A stretch of 64,000 bases of DNA from Clostridia bacterium (lineage in GTDB: Bacteria; Bacillota; Clostridia; Christensenellales; Aristaeellaceae). Under the pieces are notes generated by a model. That model did no database searches. It saw only the letters and a list, made by a program, of their open reading frames with translations, and was not told the DNA's origin. How positions within the stretch are numbered: the stretch's first letter is position 1; every line of letters begins with the position of its first letter. This document shows, one piece after another, positions 36,162-44,939 of this stretch. The stretch lies in NCBI GenBank assembly GCA_017429265.1, contig JAFRPG010000100.1, positions 14,645 to 78,644 of the forward strand, read 5' to 3'. A program made the position numbers and the translations under genes.

Positions 36162-36944
36162 ATGGACAAGAACGCACCCGTCGGCGTCTTCGACAGCGGG
36201 GTCGGCGGCATCAGCGTGCTGGCCTCCCTGCGGAAGGAGCTGCCCGGCGAGGACTATCTCTATTACGGAGACACCCTCCACGCCCCTTACGGCACCAGGC
36301 CGAGCGAGGAAGTCTGCGCCCTGGCCGAGGCAGCCTTCCTGCACCTGACCGGTTCGGGCTGCAAGGCGGTCGTCATCGCCTGCAACACCGCGACCGCGGC
36401 CGCGGCGGCCTTCCTCCGCGGGAAGTACCCCGACTGCCCGATCCTCGGCATGGAGCCGGCGCTCAAGCCCGCCGCCCTGAACCGGGAGGACGGCGCCATC
36501 CTCGTGCTGGCCACCCCGACGACCCTGCGGCTGGGCAAGTTCCGCCACCTGATGGAGCAGTACGGCGAGGCCGCCGTGCCCGTGCCGTGCCCCGGCCTGA
36601 TGGAGCTGGTGGAGCAGCGGGACAAGGCCGCCCAGGAGGCCTACCTGCAGCGCCTGCTGTCCCCCTGGGAGAGCGAGCCGCTGGACGCTGTCGTGCTGGG
36701 CTGCACGCACTACACCTTCCTGGTGCCGATCCTGCGCCGCCTGCTCCCGCCCGGCGTGAAGCTCTACGACGGCAACGCGGGCACCGCCCGCCAGCTCCGG
36801 CGCGTTCTCACGCGGGATGGCCTGCTCCGTCCGCGGAGCGAGGGCGGCACGATCCGCCTGGAGAGCAGCGACCCGGATCCCGGTGTACTGACCGTGATGC
36901 GGGGTCTGCTCGACGAGGCCGCCGCCGGGCCGGTACTGGCGTAA
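36162..36944 (+). CDS. murI: glutamate racemase
   Basis: VGVFDSGVGGISVL, IACNTA, LGCTHY. Start MDKNAPV at 36162; the track ORF starts far upstream inside mgtE. Confidence 0.9.
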   Translation: MDKNAPVGVFDSGVGGISVLASLRKELPGEDYLYYGDTLHAPYGTRPSEEVCALAEAAFLHLTGSGCKAVVIACNTATAAAAAFLRGKYPDCPILGMEPALKPAALNREDGAILVLATPTTLRLGKFRHLMEQYGEAAVPVPCPGLMELVEQRDKAAQEAYLQRLLSPWESEPLDAVVLGCTHYTFLVPILRRLLPPGVKLYDGNAGTARQLRRVLTRDGLLRPRSEGGTIRLESSDPDPGVLTVMRGLLDEAAAGPVLA

Positions 36945-37135
36945 GCAAAAGTTCCCGGCGCTCAGTATGATCTGAACGTCCCGGGGGCTTTTGTCAGTCT
37001 GAAGTACCCAAGCGGGATCCCTCTGCAGAGGCTGTCCTGTGGCACTCAGTTCGGTGCGCCAGTAAGCGCAGTTCCCTCTCTTTATTCCCGACAAATCGTA
37101 AAAAACCCGAAAACCACTGCGAAAGGAACACGGCG

Positions 37136-38770
37136 ATGCTGCATATCGATTCCTGGATCCGTTTCATCCTCACCGAGGCCTGGGCGGTGCTAATGATGGC
37201 CTTTGTCTTCCGCAGATCGCTGCGCGCGGAAAAGCAGAATGTCTGGCTGAAGATCCTGCTGGCCATGCTGGCCATGTACCTGGCACAGGTGTTCTACATG
37301 CTGCTGAGCCCGACCTACTTCTTCCGGCGCTTCGCGTTCTCGACGGAACGGCTGAATCTCATCCCTTTCCGGGCTCTGAAGGACTGGCTTGCCCATCCGC
37401 TCAACCTCTTCGGCAACGTCCTGCTCTTCATGCCGGTCGGCTTCTTTGAGGTGCTGCTGCACCCGGAGCGGTCGCGGAAATGGCAGTTCGGTTTCTCCGC
37501 GGCCACTGCGGCCACGCTCTCGCTCATTGTCGAGATCGCCCAGCTGTTCAACTTCCGCGTGCCCGATGTGGACGATGTCATCCTGGACACGCTCGGCGGC
37601 GCACTCGGCGCCCTGCTGTGCATGCTGCTGCAGCGGATCGGCTTTGACCGGACGCGCGTCGGACGCGTGCTCCTGCCCCGGATCCCGCGGTCCTGGCGCG
37701 GCCATATGCTGCTGAACCGTTACTGCATCCTCCTCGTCGTTTCGATGGAACTGGTCCTCTTCTCCGTCAACTATATCGTCACCATTCCGAGGCCGCGGGT
37801 CCGGGAGAACACCGCGGCACAGGCTGCTCTTCCCACCGCGGCGCCGGAGCCCGACGTTCCCCCGACCGCCTCGCCGCTGCCGGAAGCATCGCCCGCGCCC
37901 ACGCCGAAGCCCTCGCCCACGCCGGTCCCGCGGGTCTACGACACGTCGGGTCTGGCGCTGGAGGCGCGGAACGTCCTCCTCGTCAGGCTCGATGACGACG
38001 GCAGTGAGAAGATCGTCTATGCCGTGGACAGCACGGCGCCGATCTATCCGGCCTCCACCCTCAAGATGGTCACGGCGCTGACCGTCCTTGGGATCGCCGG
38101 GCCGGAAGAGCGGGTAACGCTGGGCGCCGAGATCTACATTCCCCCGCTCGACGCGTCGCGCGCCGGCCTGGAGTACGGGATGACCCTCACCGTCCGCGAC
38201 CTGCTCAAGGGCCTGCTCCTGCCGTCCGGCGCGGATGCGGCCTACGCCCTGGGCGTCTACTGCGGGCGAAAGCTGACGGGAGACCCGGGCATGTCCGCTT
38301 CGGACGCCGTCAAAGCCTTCGTCGGAGCGATGAACCGGAAGGCCGCGGAGATCGGCGCTGCAAACACCGCCGCTGTCAATGTCGTGGGCCTCGACGCGAA
38401 GGGGCAGCTCACCACCGCCGAGGACGTCTTCCGGATCGCAAGGGTCTTCCTCGACGACCCCGTGCTGGCGGAGATCTGCGGTCTGCCGACAGCGAAAATC
38501 ACCAGCGAGCAGGGCAAGACGGTCTCCCTCAAAAACACGAACCGGATGCTCCTCGAAAGCAGCGAATACTACAACGAGGCCGTCGCAGGCGTGAAGACCG
38601 GCACCACGAACCGCGCGGGCAACTGCCTGGTCTCCGTCTTCACGATCGAAGGCGAGCGCTACCTGTGCGTCGTGATGAACAGCAGCTATTACGGAAAGTT
38701 CACGGACACCCAGCGGCTGTATGACCTGTGCGCCGATGCGCACGAGCGCGGGAAAGCGCTGTCGCGCTGA
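37136..38770 (+). CDS. VanZ-like membrane domain fused to a serine-type D-Ala-D-Ala carboxypeptidase (S11)
   Basis: VanZ motif LIPFRALKDW..NVLLFMPVGFF. Pro-rich linker. SxxK (ASTLK) and KTG (VKTGTT). Confidence 0.8.
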   Translation: MLHIDSWIRFILTEAWAVLMMAFVFRRSLRAEKQNVWLKILLAMLAMYLAQVFYMLLSPTYFFRRFAFSTERLNLIPFRALKDWLAHPLNLFGNVLLFMPVGFFEVLLHPERSRKWQFGFSAATAATLSLIVEIAQLFNFRVPDVDDVILDTLGGALGALLCMLLQRIGFDRTRVGRVLLPRIPRSWRGHMLLNRYCILLVVSMELVLFSVNYIVTIPRPRVRENTAAQAALPTAAPEPDVPPTASPLPEASPAPTPKPSPTPVPRVYDTSGLALEARNVLLVRLDDDGSEKIVYAVDSTAPIYPASTLKMVTALTVLGIAGPEERVTLGAEIYIPPLDASRAGLEYGMTLTVRDLLKGLLLPSGADAAYALGVYCGRKLTGDPGMSASDAVKAFVGAMNRKAAEIGAANTAAVNVVGLDAKGQLTTAEDVFRIARVFLDDPVLAEICGLPTAKITSEQGKTVSLKNTNRMLLESSEYYNEAVAGVKTGTTNRAGNCLVSVFTIEGERYLCVVMNSSYYGKFTDTQRLYDLCADAHERGKALSR

Positions 38771-38908
38771 AACCTCTTCAGACGCGCGGCCGGCAGATTT
38801 GATGCGTGAAAGTCTTGCCATCAGGCGAAAAGCTGCGTATCAACAGTCGGAAGCACACGGCGGTGCTTCCCGGCAAGACCAAATCAAAAAGCAAAAGGAG
38901 ATATCGCA

Positions 38909-39718
38909 ATGAAGAAACTGCTGAGCATCCTGCTGGCCATGATGATGGCCGTGACCCTTCTGAGCACCGCGGCACTGGCCGAGGAAGACACTTACCCGCA
39001 GCCCGAGGGCGGCAAGAAGTTTGATTCCAACTGGGCCATCATGGGCAGCCTGGTCGAGATCTACTACGAGGAGGAAGGCTACCGCGTGGCCATCCACTCT
39101 CTCAACAACGACGATCTCACCGGCACCATCTGGGAGTACAACTGCCACTACAGCGAGGAGCATGACGCCCTCGAGGCCATGTCCGCCATCAAGCGCGGCT
39201 ACAGGCTGGATCCCATGACGCTGGATGAGATCCCCGGCGAAGAGGAGTATGAACTCTTCCTTGAGGAGAACATGGACATTCACTTCACCGTTAATGAGGA
39301 AGGCAAGCTGCTCTGGTCCGACAGCGTGGAGAACGCCGGCGCCGACCTTGAGTTCCAGAACATCGGCCGCTTTGCGGGCCAGTGGAAGGCCATGGAGGAG
39401 GAAGACCTCTGGACCGAGATCAGATGGGCCGGCCTGAATGAGGAAACCTTCTTCTACACCGTGTTCATCAGCCGCGGCCCGGTGGAATTCAGCATGCAGG
39501 GTCTGTACAATCCGGAGACCGGCAAGCTGGAGTGCACCGGCACGGCCCGCACCTGGGAGCCCGACGGTGAGGGCGGCTTCAATGCCGTCGAGGACGGCGA
39601 GACCTACGAGGCCTTCTTCTCCATGATGGACAACGGCAGCCTGCTCTTCGAGACCGCCAACGGCATCGAGATGCTGCCCCAGGATCCCGCCTCCGAGGAC
39701 AGCGGCATCAATGGCTGA
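38909..39718 (+). CDS. secreted protein, function unknown
   Basis: Signal peptide MKKLLSILLAMMMAVTLLSTAALA. Acidic. Confidence 0.6.
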   Translation: MKKLLSILLAMMMAVTLLSTAALAEEDTYPQPEGGKKFDSNWAIMGSLVEIYYEEEGYRVAIHSLNNDDLTGTIWEYNCHYSEEHDALEAMSAIKRGYRLDPMTLDEIPGEEEYELFLEENMDIHFTVNEEGKLLWSDSVENAGADLEFQNIGRFAGQWKAMEEEDLWTEIRWAGLNEETFFYTVFISRGPVEFSMQGLYNPETGKLECTGTARTWEPDGEGGFNAVEDGETYEAFFSMMDNGSLLFETANGIEMLPQDPASEDSGING

Positions 39719-39842
39719 GTCTGCCGCGCACAGCGCAGGGCTGTGGGAGAACGGTATCACGCGATACCGGCTCCCGCGGCCCTTTTCGCGTGACAGAAAA
39801 GAAGCCCGATCGCTCAGGCTTCTTCATGTTGATGAACCGGGG

Positions 39843-40529
39843 TCACTCGATCGGCTCCAGATACTGCGCGAGGATGTATCCGTACTGATCATGATAGACG
39901 CACAGGATGAAGTCCCCGCTCCTGGATTCCGGGTATGCCAGCACCGGCGCGCCGAGCGGCACCTTGGCCAGGCGCGTGGCCGACTTGCTGGGCTTTTCCC
40001 GCAGGGCGACCCACTCCTTGCAGTTGGCGATGCGCATGTTCGGCCCCAGTCTTCTGTACAGGACCACATCCGCACTGCCGAAGGCCTCCTCGAAGGGGCA
40101 GACGCCGCTGCACGACACCGCTGTCAGGATCAGGGCGATCTGCTCGGTGTCGTTTTCCACCCAGGACTCCGTATAGGCCTCGTACAGGCACTCCACGTCG
40201 TATTCGGTTCCCTCGTACGCGGGATTGTTCGTCAGCGTGAAGTGCAGGGTCAGATGATCACTGTAGTCCGGAACGAACGTGAACGACCATGTCCCCCCGC
40301 AGGTCCAGGCAAACGACCCGTCCGTGCTGCGGCAGGAAAGGGACATCACGCCGTCCTCCCCCAGCGCCAGGACCGTCTCGACGCCCTCGTATTCCTCGGA
40401 CCACCGTCCGGGCAGGAGTGTCTCCATCTCGGGATCGGCGGCGAATGCCGTCGCCGCGCAGGCCAGTGCCGCAAGGAGTACGCAGAGGAACAGGACGCTG
40501 CGCACGGTACCGGTAAGTCTTCCTTTCAT
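39843..40529 (-). CDS. secreted protein with C-terminal SH3b-like domain
   Basis: Start MKGRLTGTVRSVLFLCVLLAALACAATAFA. C-terminus MRIANCKEWVALREKPSKSATRLAKVPLGAPV... is SH3-like. Confidence 0.6.
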   Translation of the reverse strand: MKGRLTGTVRSVLFLCVLLAALACAATAFAADPEMETLLPGRWSEEYEGVETVLALGEDGVMSLSCRSTDGSFAWTCGGTWSFTFVPDYSDHLTLHFTLTNNPAYEGTEYDVECLYEAYTESWVENDTEQIALILTAVSCSGVCPFEEAFGSADVVLYRRLGPNMRIANCKEWVALREKPSKSATRLAKVPLGAPVLAYPESRSGDFILCVYHDQYGYILAQYLEPIE

Positions 40530-40701
40530 GGCGGTATCTTCCTTTCTCTTCTGAACGGTCGTGCGATTTACATCTGCAGAAGCTGTCTTCGATACATGAG
40601 CGGATCTGTGGTCGTCTGCCGTCATTATACCATGACGGCTAGAATTGCGCAACAAAAACATCCCCGGATCAATACGTTCCGGGGATCGTCTGATTCACCT
40701 T

Positions 40702-41280
40702 TCAGTCTGCCGACCCTGCGGCAAGCAGTTCCTTCTGCCGGAGCAGCAGCTCACGGATCCGGCGGAACTCATCCGCGGCGGACGCTTCCGGGGCGGGCGG
40801 CACTGCCTCCTCTCCCGCGAGGGCGGCCGTGAACGCCGCGATGCTCCCGCGGATTTCGGACAGAGCCTTGGCGTCCGGAATGTGCAGCTTCCCGGATCGG
40901 GCATATTCCCACACTTCCCCGATCTGATCGGTCAGCTCGTCCAGCGCTTCCGCGTCGATCCTGCCCGCCTGCGCCGCCTGCAGGTACTCCAGCAGCATTC
41001 CCTCCAGTGCGCCGCAGCTTTTGTTGATCACGTCCGCCTCTTTCTCCGCATCCAGGTCTTCCCGCGTCTTGTCTCTGTTGCTGAAAGTCTTCCGGATCCA
41101 CTGCGCGCCCGCGGCCAGGATACCGAATCCCGTGCCGTAGGAAGCGGCCTCCAGGATCACGTCCCCGTTGATGCGGTTGTCCGAACCGTCCGCATGCGCG
41201 GCGCGCCAGAGCCGACCGCCTTCGCTGAGTTTCGTGATGATCTCCGGGTCGATGCCCGGTTTCGCATTGATATGTGCCAT
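40702..41280 (-). CDS. hypothetical protein
   Basis: Start MAHINAKPGID. No motif recognised. Confidence 0.5.
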   Translation of the reverse strand: MAHINAKPGIDPEIITKLSEGGRLWRAAHADGSDNRINGDVILEAASYGTGFGILAAGAQWIRKTFSNRDKTREDLDAEKEADVINKSCGALEGMLLEYLQAAQAGRIDAEALDELTDQIGEVWEYARSGKLHIPDAKALSEIRGSIAAFTAALAGEEAVPPAPEASAADEFRRIRELLLRQKELLAAGSAD

Positions 41281-41450
41281 GTCCTGTATCTCCTTCGCCG
41301 TATGGCGTCCTTTCTTTATCCTGCAGCCGCTGATCCGCGGACTGCCATTCATTCATACGCATCGGCGCGGCGGAATGGCAGCATAAAGAAAGCGGGAAGC
41401 CCGACAGAACAGGACTTCCCGGATGAAATGCCTCCTGCGCGGCGCATTCC

Positions 41451-42101
41451 TCAGCTGTTCTTCTCCCCGGAAGCGTACTTCAGGAAGCACCAGATCAGCA
41501 GCATGTAGCACACGGTCTTGGGGAGCATGAGCATGCCCAGCATCGGGACCAGGCCGGCGGCGACCGCCACGGGGATGTAGAAGAGGAAGGAGAGGGTGAT
41601 CAGCAGCCACACCGGGCGGAAGCAGCGAACGTCCGCCCGTCTGCGGAAGTACAGCCACACGATGACGCAGCCGAGGGCGACGAAGGGCACGTTGCGGATG
41701 ACGCCCCACAGCACATCGCTTTCGTTCTCCAGCCAGCGGTTCTGCGGGAAGAGGCAGAGGACGATCCGGATCACCGTCAGCGCAACGATCGCGGCGGTCA
41801 TCCTGCGGTCCTCCTTCTCCCCGTACACCCTGAGCCAAAGGAGATAGAGCAGCAGATAGAAGACCGTCATGGTGACGGACGTCACCAGCTTGCCGACGCC
41901 CAGCCACGCGGTGAAGTCGCCGCTGACGAAATAATTGAGCACGCGCGGGACCAGATGGAACGCGTCGCCGAGCCCCAGGATCAGGACGGCGCAGCCCATC
42001 AGCCTGCCGATCGCGTCCCTGCGTCTGTTCAGGATCCAGAGACCTGCCGCGACGGCATAGAGCAGATAGATCACATCGAATGCGCTTTCTCCGTATTTCA
42101 T
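41451..42101 (-). CDS. polytopic membrane protein, function unknown
   Basis: About 7 hydrophobic helices. Confidence 0.55.
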   Translation of the reverse strand: MKYGESAFDVIYLLYAVAAGLWILNRRRDAIGRLMGCAVLILGLGDAFHLVPRVLNYFVSGDFTAWLGVGKLVTSVTMTVFYLLLYLLWLRVYGEKEDRRMTAAIVALTVIRIVLCLFPQNRWLENESDVLWGVIRNVPFVALGCVIVWLYFRRRADVRCFRPVWLLITLSFLFYIPVAVAAGLVPMLGMLMLPKTVCYMLLIWCFLKYASGEKNS

Positions 42102-42125
42102 GACGGTACCCCCACGCCTTTCCTG

Positions 42126-43268
42126 TTATGATTCGCTTTCCTCGCTGAAATCCGTGTCCATGGCGACCTGCAGCGTGTAATCGGGATAGGCCTTCTGCAC
42201 GCTCTCGCAGACCTCGCGGTATACCTGCCGGCGGTCCTTCGCGTCGAAGCTCACCACGATGTCGAAGCGCAGCGTTTTCTCCGCCTTGTCCAGATAGAAG
42301 CCGTGCATCTGGAGGACATGCGGCTGCTCCCCGACGATCCTGGAGATCTCCTCGCGCGCGGCCGCCGCCTCGGGATCCTTCGTGTTGTAGGAGTATACCC
42401 CGATGGCCGTCAGGATCACATGGTGCTTCTGATAAACTTCCGTGCTGATCTTGCGGATCAGCTTGTCCAGGTCATCCGCGGAGAGGGTGTCCGGGACCTC
42501 CACATGGACGGAGCCGTTGTAGGAATCCGGCCCGTAGTTGTGGAGAACGAGGTCGTACGCTCCGCTGATCTCGGGATGGGAGACGACGGTCGCCTTGATC
42601 TCCCTGGCCAGTTCCGCGTCCGCCCGCTCGCCGAGGATCTGCGAAAGCGTCTCCCGCAGCATTTCGATGCCGGAACGGATGATCAGCGCGGCGATCACGG
42701 CGCCGAGCCACGCCTCCAGGGAGACATCGAAGCGCACGTAGATCAGGGCTGCCACCAGGGTGGAGGCGGAGATCACCGCGTCAAACAGCGCGTCCTTGCC
42801 GGAGTTGACCAGGGAGTCGGAACGGACCTTCTCCCCTGTGCGCTTCACGAAGCGGCCCAGCACGATCTTCACCACGACCGCAACCGCAACGATGATCAGC
42901 GCGACCGTCGTGTATTTCGGATCCTCGGGCTTGGTGAAGCTTTGGATGATCTTCTTCACAGATTCGACAAACGCGGTGACGCCGGCGTAGAGCACCAGCA
43001 GGGAGATCAGCATGGCGCTCAGGTATTCGATCCTGCCGTATCCGAAGGGGTGCTTCCGATCCGGCTCCTTCCCGGCCAGCTTTGTCCCGACGATGGTGAT
43101 CACCGAGCTCGCCGCATCCGACAGGTTGTTCACCGCGTCCATCACGATGGCGATGGAGTTGGCTGTCAGACCGACGACCGCCTTGAAGGCCGCCAGAAAC
43201 ACATTGGCCAGGATCCCGATGATGCTGGTCCGGATGATCGTCCGGTCACGGCTTGTCTCTCTGCTCAT
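42126..43268 (-). CDS. cation diffusion facilitator family transporter
   Basis: CDF TM signature (FKAVVGLTANSIAIVMDAVNNLSDAASS) and a C-terminal cytoplasmic domain. Confidence 0.85.
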   Translation of the reverse strand: MSRETSRDRTIIRTSIIGILANVFLAAFKAVVGLTANSIAIVMDAVNNLSDAASSVITIVGTKLAGKEPDRKHPFGYGRIEYLSAMLISLLVLYAGVTAFVESVKKIIQSFTKPEDPKYTTVALIIVAVAVVVKIVLGRFVKRTGEKVRSDSLVNSGKDALFDAVISASTLVAALIYVRFDVSLEAWLGAVIAALIIRSGIEMLRETLSQILGERADAELAREIKATVVSHPEISGAYDLVLHNYGPDSYNGSVHVEVPDTLSADDLDKLIRKISTEVYQKHHVILTAIGVYSYNTKDPEAAAAREEISRIVGEQPHVLQMHGFYLDKAEKTLRFDIVVSFDAKDRRQVYREVCESVQKAYPDYTLQVAMDTDFSEESES

Positions 43269-43271
43269 GGC

Positions 43272-43823
43272 TTACTTCTCCAGTTCTGCGGCAACCGCGG
43301 CCCGGACTTCCTTCATGTCCGTCGTGGGCTCAAAGCGGGCGATGACCTTGCCCTCGCGGTCGATCAGGAATTTGGTGAAATTCCAGCCGATGTTGGTCTT
43401 GTCACCGTACTTCTTGTTGTTCATGGAGGCAAACTTGTTCAGCGCGGCGTTCTTCAGCCCTCTGCCGAAGCCGTTGAAAGGCTTCTCCGCCGCCAGATAA
43501 TTGAACAGCGGATCCGCGTTCTCGCCGTTGACGTCGATCTTGGCGAACTGCGGGAACTCCGTGCCGAACTTCATCGTGCAGAAGGAATGGATCTCGTCGG
43601 CGTCCCCGGGCGCCTGGTTGGCGAACTGATTGCAGGGGAAGTCCAGGATCTCAAAGCCCTTGTCCCTGAATTCCTTATACATCGCTTCCAGCGGATCATA
43701 GTGCGGGGTAAAGCCGCAGCCGGTGGCGGTATTGACGATCAGCAGTACCTTTCCGCGATAGTCCCCCAGGCTGACCTCATTGCCCTTCCTGTCCTTCACC
43801 GTGAAATCATAAACGTTTGCCAT
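43272..43823 (-). CDS. glutathione peroxidase-family (Cys-type) peroxidase
   Basis: LIVNTATGCGFT, FPCNQF. ATG 2 nt after the MarR stop with GGAGA 6 nt upstream. Confidence 0.85.
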   Translation of the reverse strand: MANVYDFTVKDRKGNEVSLGDYRGKVLLIVNTATGCGFTPHYDPLEAMYKEFRDKGFEILDFPCNQFANQAPGDADEIHSFCTMKFGTEFPQFAKIDVNGENADPLFNYLAAEKPFNGFGRGLKNAALNKFASMNNKKYGDKTNIGWNFTKFLIDREGKVIARFEPTTDMKEVRAAVAAELEK

Positions 43824-43825
43824 GG

Positions 43826-44281
43826 TCATTCTCCTTCCTTTGTCCTGTTCGATTCCATGTGCCGCAGCGCCTTGTACGTCAGCGCGTACAGCGTCCCGAA
43901 TTCCTCCGCCGTAAGGCCCATGCATGCCGCGATCGCCGGCGGAATGGTCACAGCTCTGTCCATGAGTGCCCTGCCCGCCTCGGTCAGGGTGAGCGTCAGA
44001 AGCCGCTCATCCTCCTCCGCGCGCCGCCGGGTCAGGTATCCCGCCTGGTCCAGGCGCTTGAGCACCGGTGTCAGGGTGCCGTAGTCGAGGTGGAGGCATT
44101 CGGCGAGGTCTCTGGAGGAAACCGTCTCCCGCTCCCACAGCACCATCATCACGATGTACTGCGTGTAGGTCAGGTTCAGTTCCTTCAGGAAAGGCCCGTA
44201 CTGACGCACCAGCTCCTTGGAGCAGGCATACAGCGGAAAGCACACCTGGTTTTCCAGTTTCAGCGCATCATACTCCGCCAA
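43826..44281 (-). CDS. MarR-family regulator, OhrR-like
   Basis: LENQVCFPLYACSKELVRQYGPFLKELNLTYTQYIVMMVLWE (conserved sensing Cys). TTG start at 44281 proposed. The track ORF (to 44521) and ATG 44380 would give an atypically long N-terminus. Confidence 0.75.
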   Translation of the reverse strand: MAEYDALKLENQVCFPLYACSKELVRQYGPFLKELNLTYTQYIVMMVLWERETVSSRDLAECLHLDYGTLTPVLKRLDQAGYLTRRRAEEDERLLTLTLTEAGRALMDRAVTIPPAIAACMGLTAEEFGTLYALTYKALRHMESNRTKEGE

Positions 44282-44308
44282 GCACCCGTCGCCCCTTTCC
44301 GATCGCTT

Positions 44309-44329
44309 TTGCGCTATTTGATTGCGCAA
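44309..44329. promoter_or_regulatory. palindromic operator upstream of the MarR gene
   Basis: TTGCGC-tatttgatt-GCGCAA, about 30 nt upstream of the proposed start. Confidence 0.5.
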
Positions 44330-44456
44330 AATCAATATAGCATGGACCGCCGTTTTTGTCAAGCGGAAATCGGCAGCCATTCTGCCGCCCCACCGTCCAA
44401 ACGAAAACAAACGAACAGCAACGAAAACGAAAACTCTGATTCCCGAGATTAAGCAC

Positions 44457-44485
44457 TTGACAAAAATCCACTGATCTGATAATAT
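44457..44485 (+). promoter_or_regulatory. sigma-70-type promoter for tRNA-Val
   Basis: TTGACA (44457-44462), 17-nt spacer, TAATAT (44480-44485). Confidence 0.6.
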
Positions 44486-44513
44486 AGCATGCGTGCGAAG
44501 GATATCGCACCAC

Positions 44514-44535
44514 GGTCGCATGGCTCAGTTGGTAG
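44514..44535 (+). other. orphan 5' fragment of tRNA-Val (22 nt)
   Basis: GGTCGCATGGCTCAGTTGGTAG is identical to 44567-44588. It is followed by 31 unrelated nt and then the full tRNA. Confidence 0.8.
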
Positions 44536-44566
44536 CGCCTACTGCTACCTTTGAGTAAATGCACAA

Positions 44567-44639
44567 GGTCGCATGGCTCAGTTGGTAGAGCACATCGTTC
44601 ACATCGATGGGGTCACAGGTTCGAGTCCTGTTGCGACCA
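44567..44639 (+). tRNA. trnV: tRNA-Val (anticodon CAC)
   Basis: Hand-folded: acceptor GGTCGCA/TGCGACC, D arm GCTC-AGTTGGTA-GAGC, anticodon stem CATCG/CGATG with loop TTCACAT, T arm ACAGG-TTCGAGT-CCTGT, discriminator A. Confidence 0.85.
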
Positions 44640-44648
44640 CACACCCAC

Positions 44649-44687
44649 GAAGAAGCTTGAGAAATCAGGCTTCTTTCTTTTTTGCCT
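44649..44687 (+). terminator. terminator after the intact tRNA-Val (element side)
   Basis: GAAGAAGC-loop-GCTTCTT then TTTCTTTTTT. Confidence 0.6.
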
Positions 44688-44739
44688 CGCCTCCCTGGGG
44701 GGTACAAAAATCGGCTGTTACAGGGTACATTCTCTTGGC

Positions 44740-44876
44740 GTGAACAGAATAGGCGGACACTCCGTACACGCCCATATAGGTGTGAACGGATTGGTCGCTG
44801 AATGTGAACGGGATGCCGGAATTGATGTGAACGAATTGCTGGCTTTGGTGTGCACAGATTGCCTTTTGATGTGAAC
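44740..44876 (+). repeat. six GTGAAC-core direct repeats at ~22-bp spacing
   Basis: GTGAAC at 44740, 44782, 44804, 44827 and 44871; GTGCAC at 44850. Extended consensus tGTGAACnnAtTG. Confidence 0.75.
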
Positions 44877-44939
44877 CGTAGCCCGGATACACAGAAAAAG
44901 AACAGGGCCGAAGCCCTGAAAGAAAACTTCTCGACCAGG

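Noticed and set aside
44514-44566. A suppressor-like tRNA (hairpin loop GCCTACT containing CTA).
   Set aside because: It lacks U33 and purine-37 context, has no T arm and no 3' acceptor strand. It is a 5' tRNA-Val fragment plus unrelated sequence.
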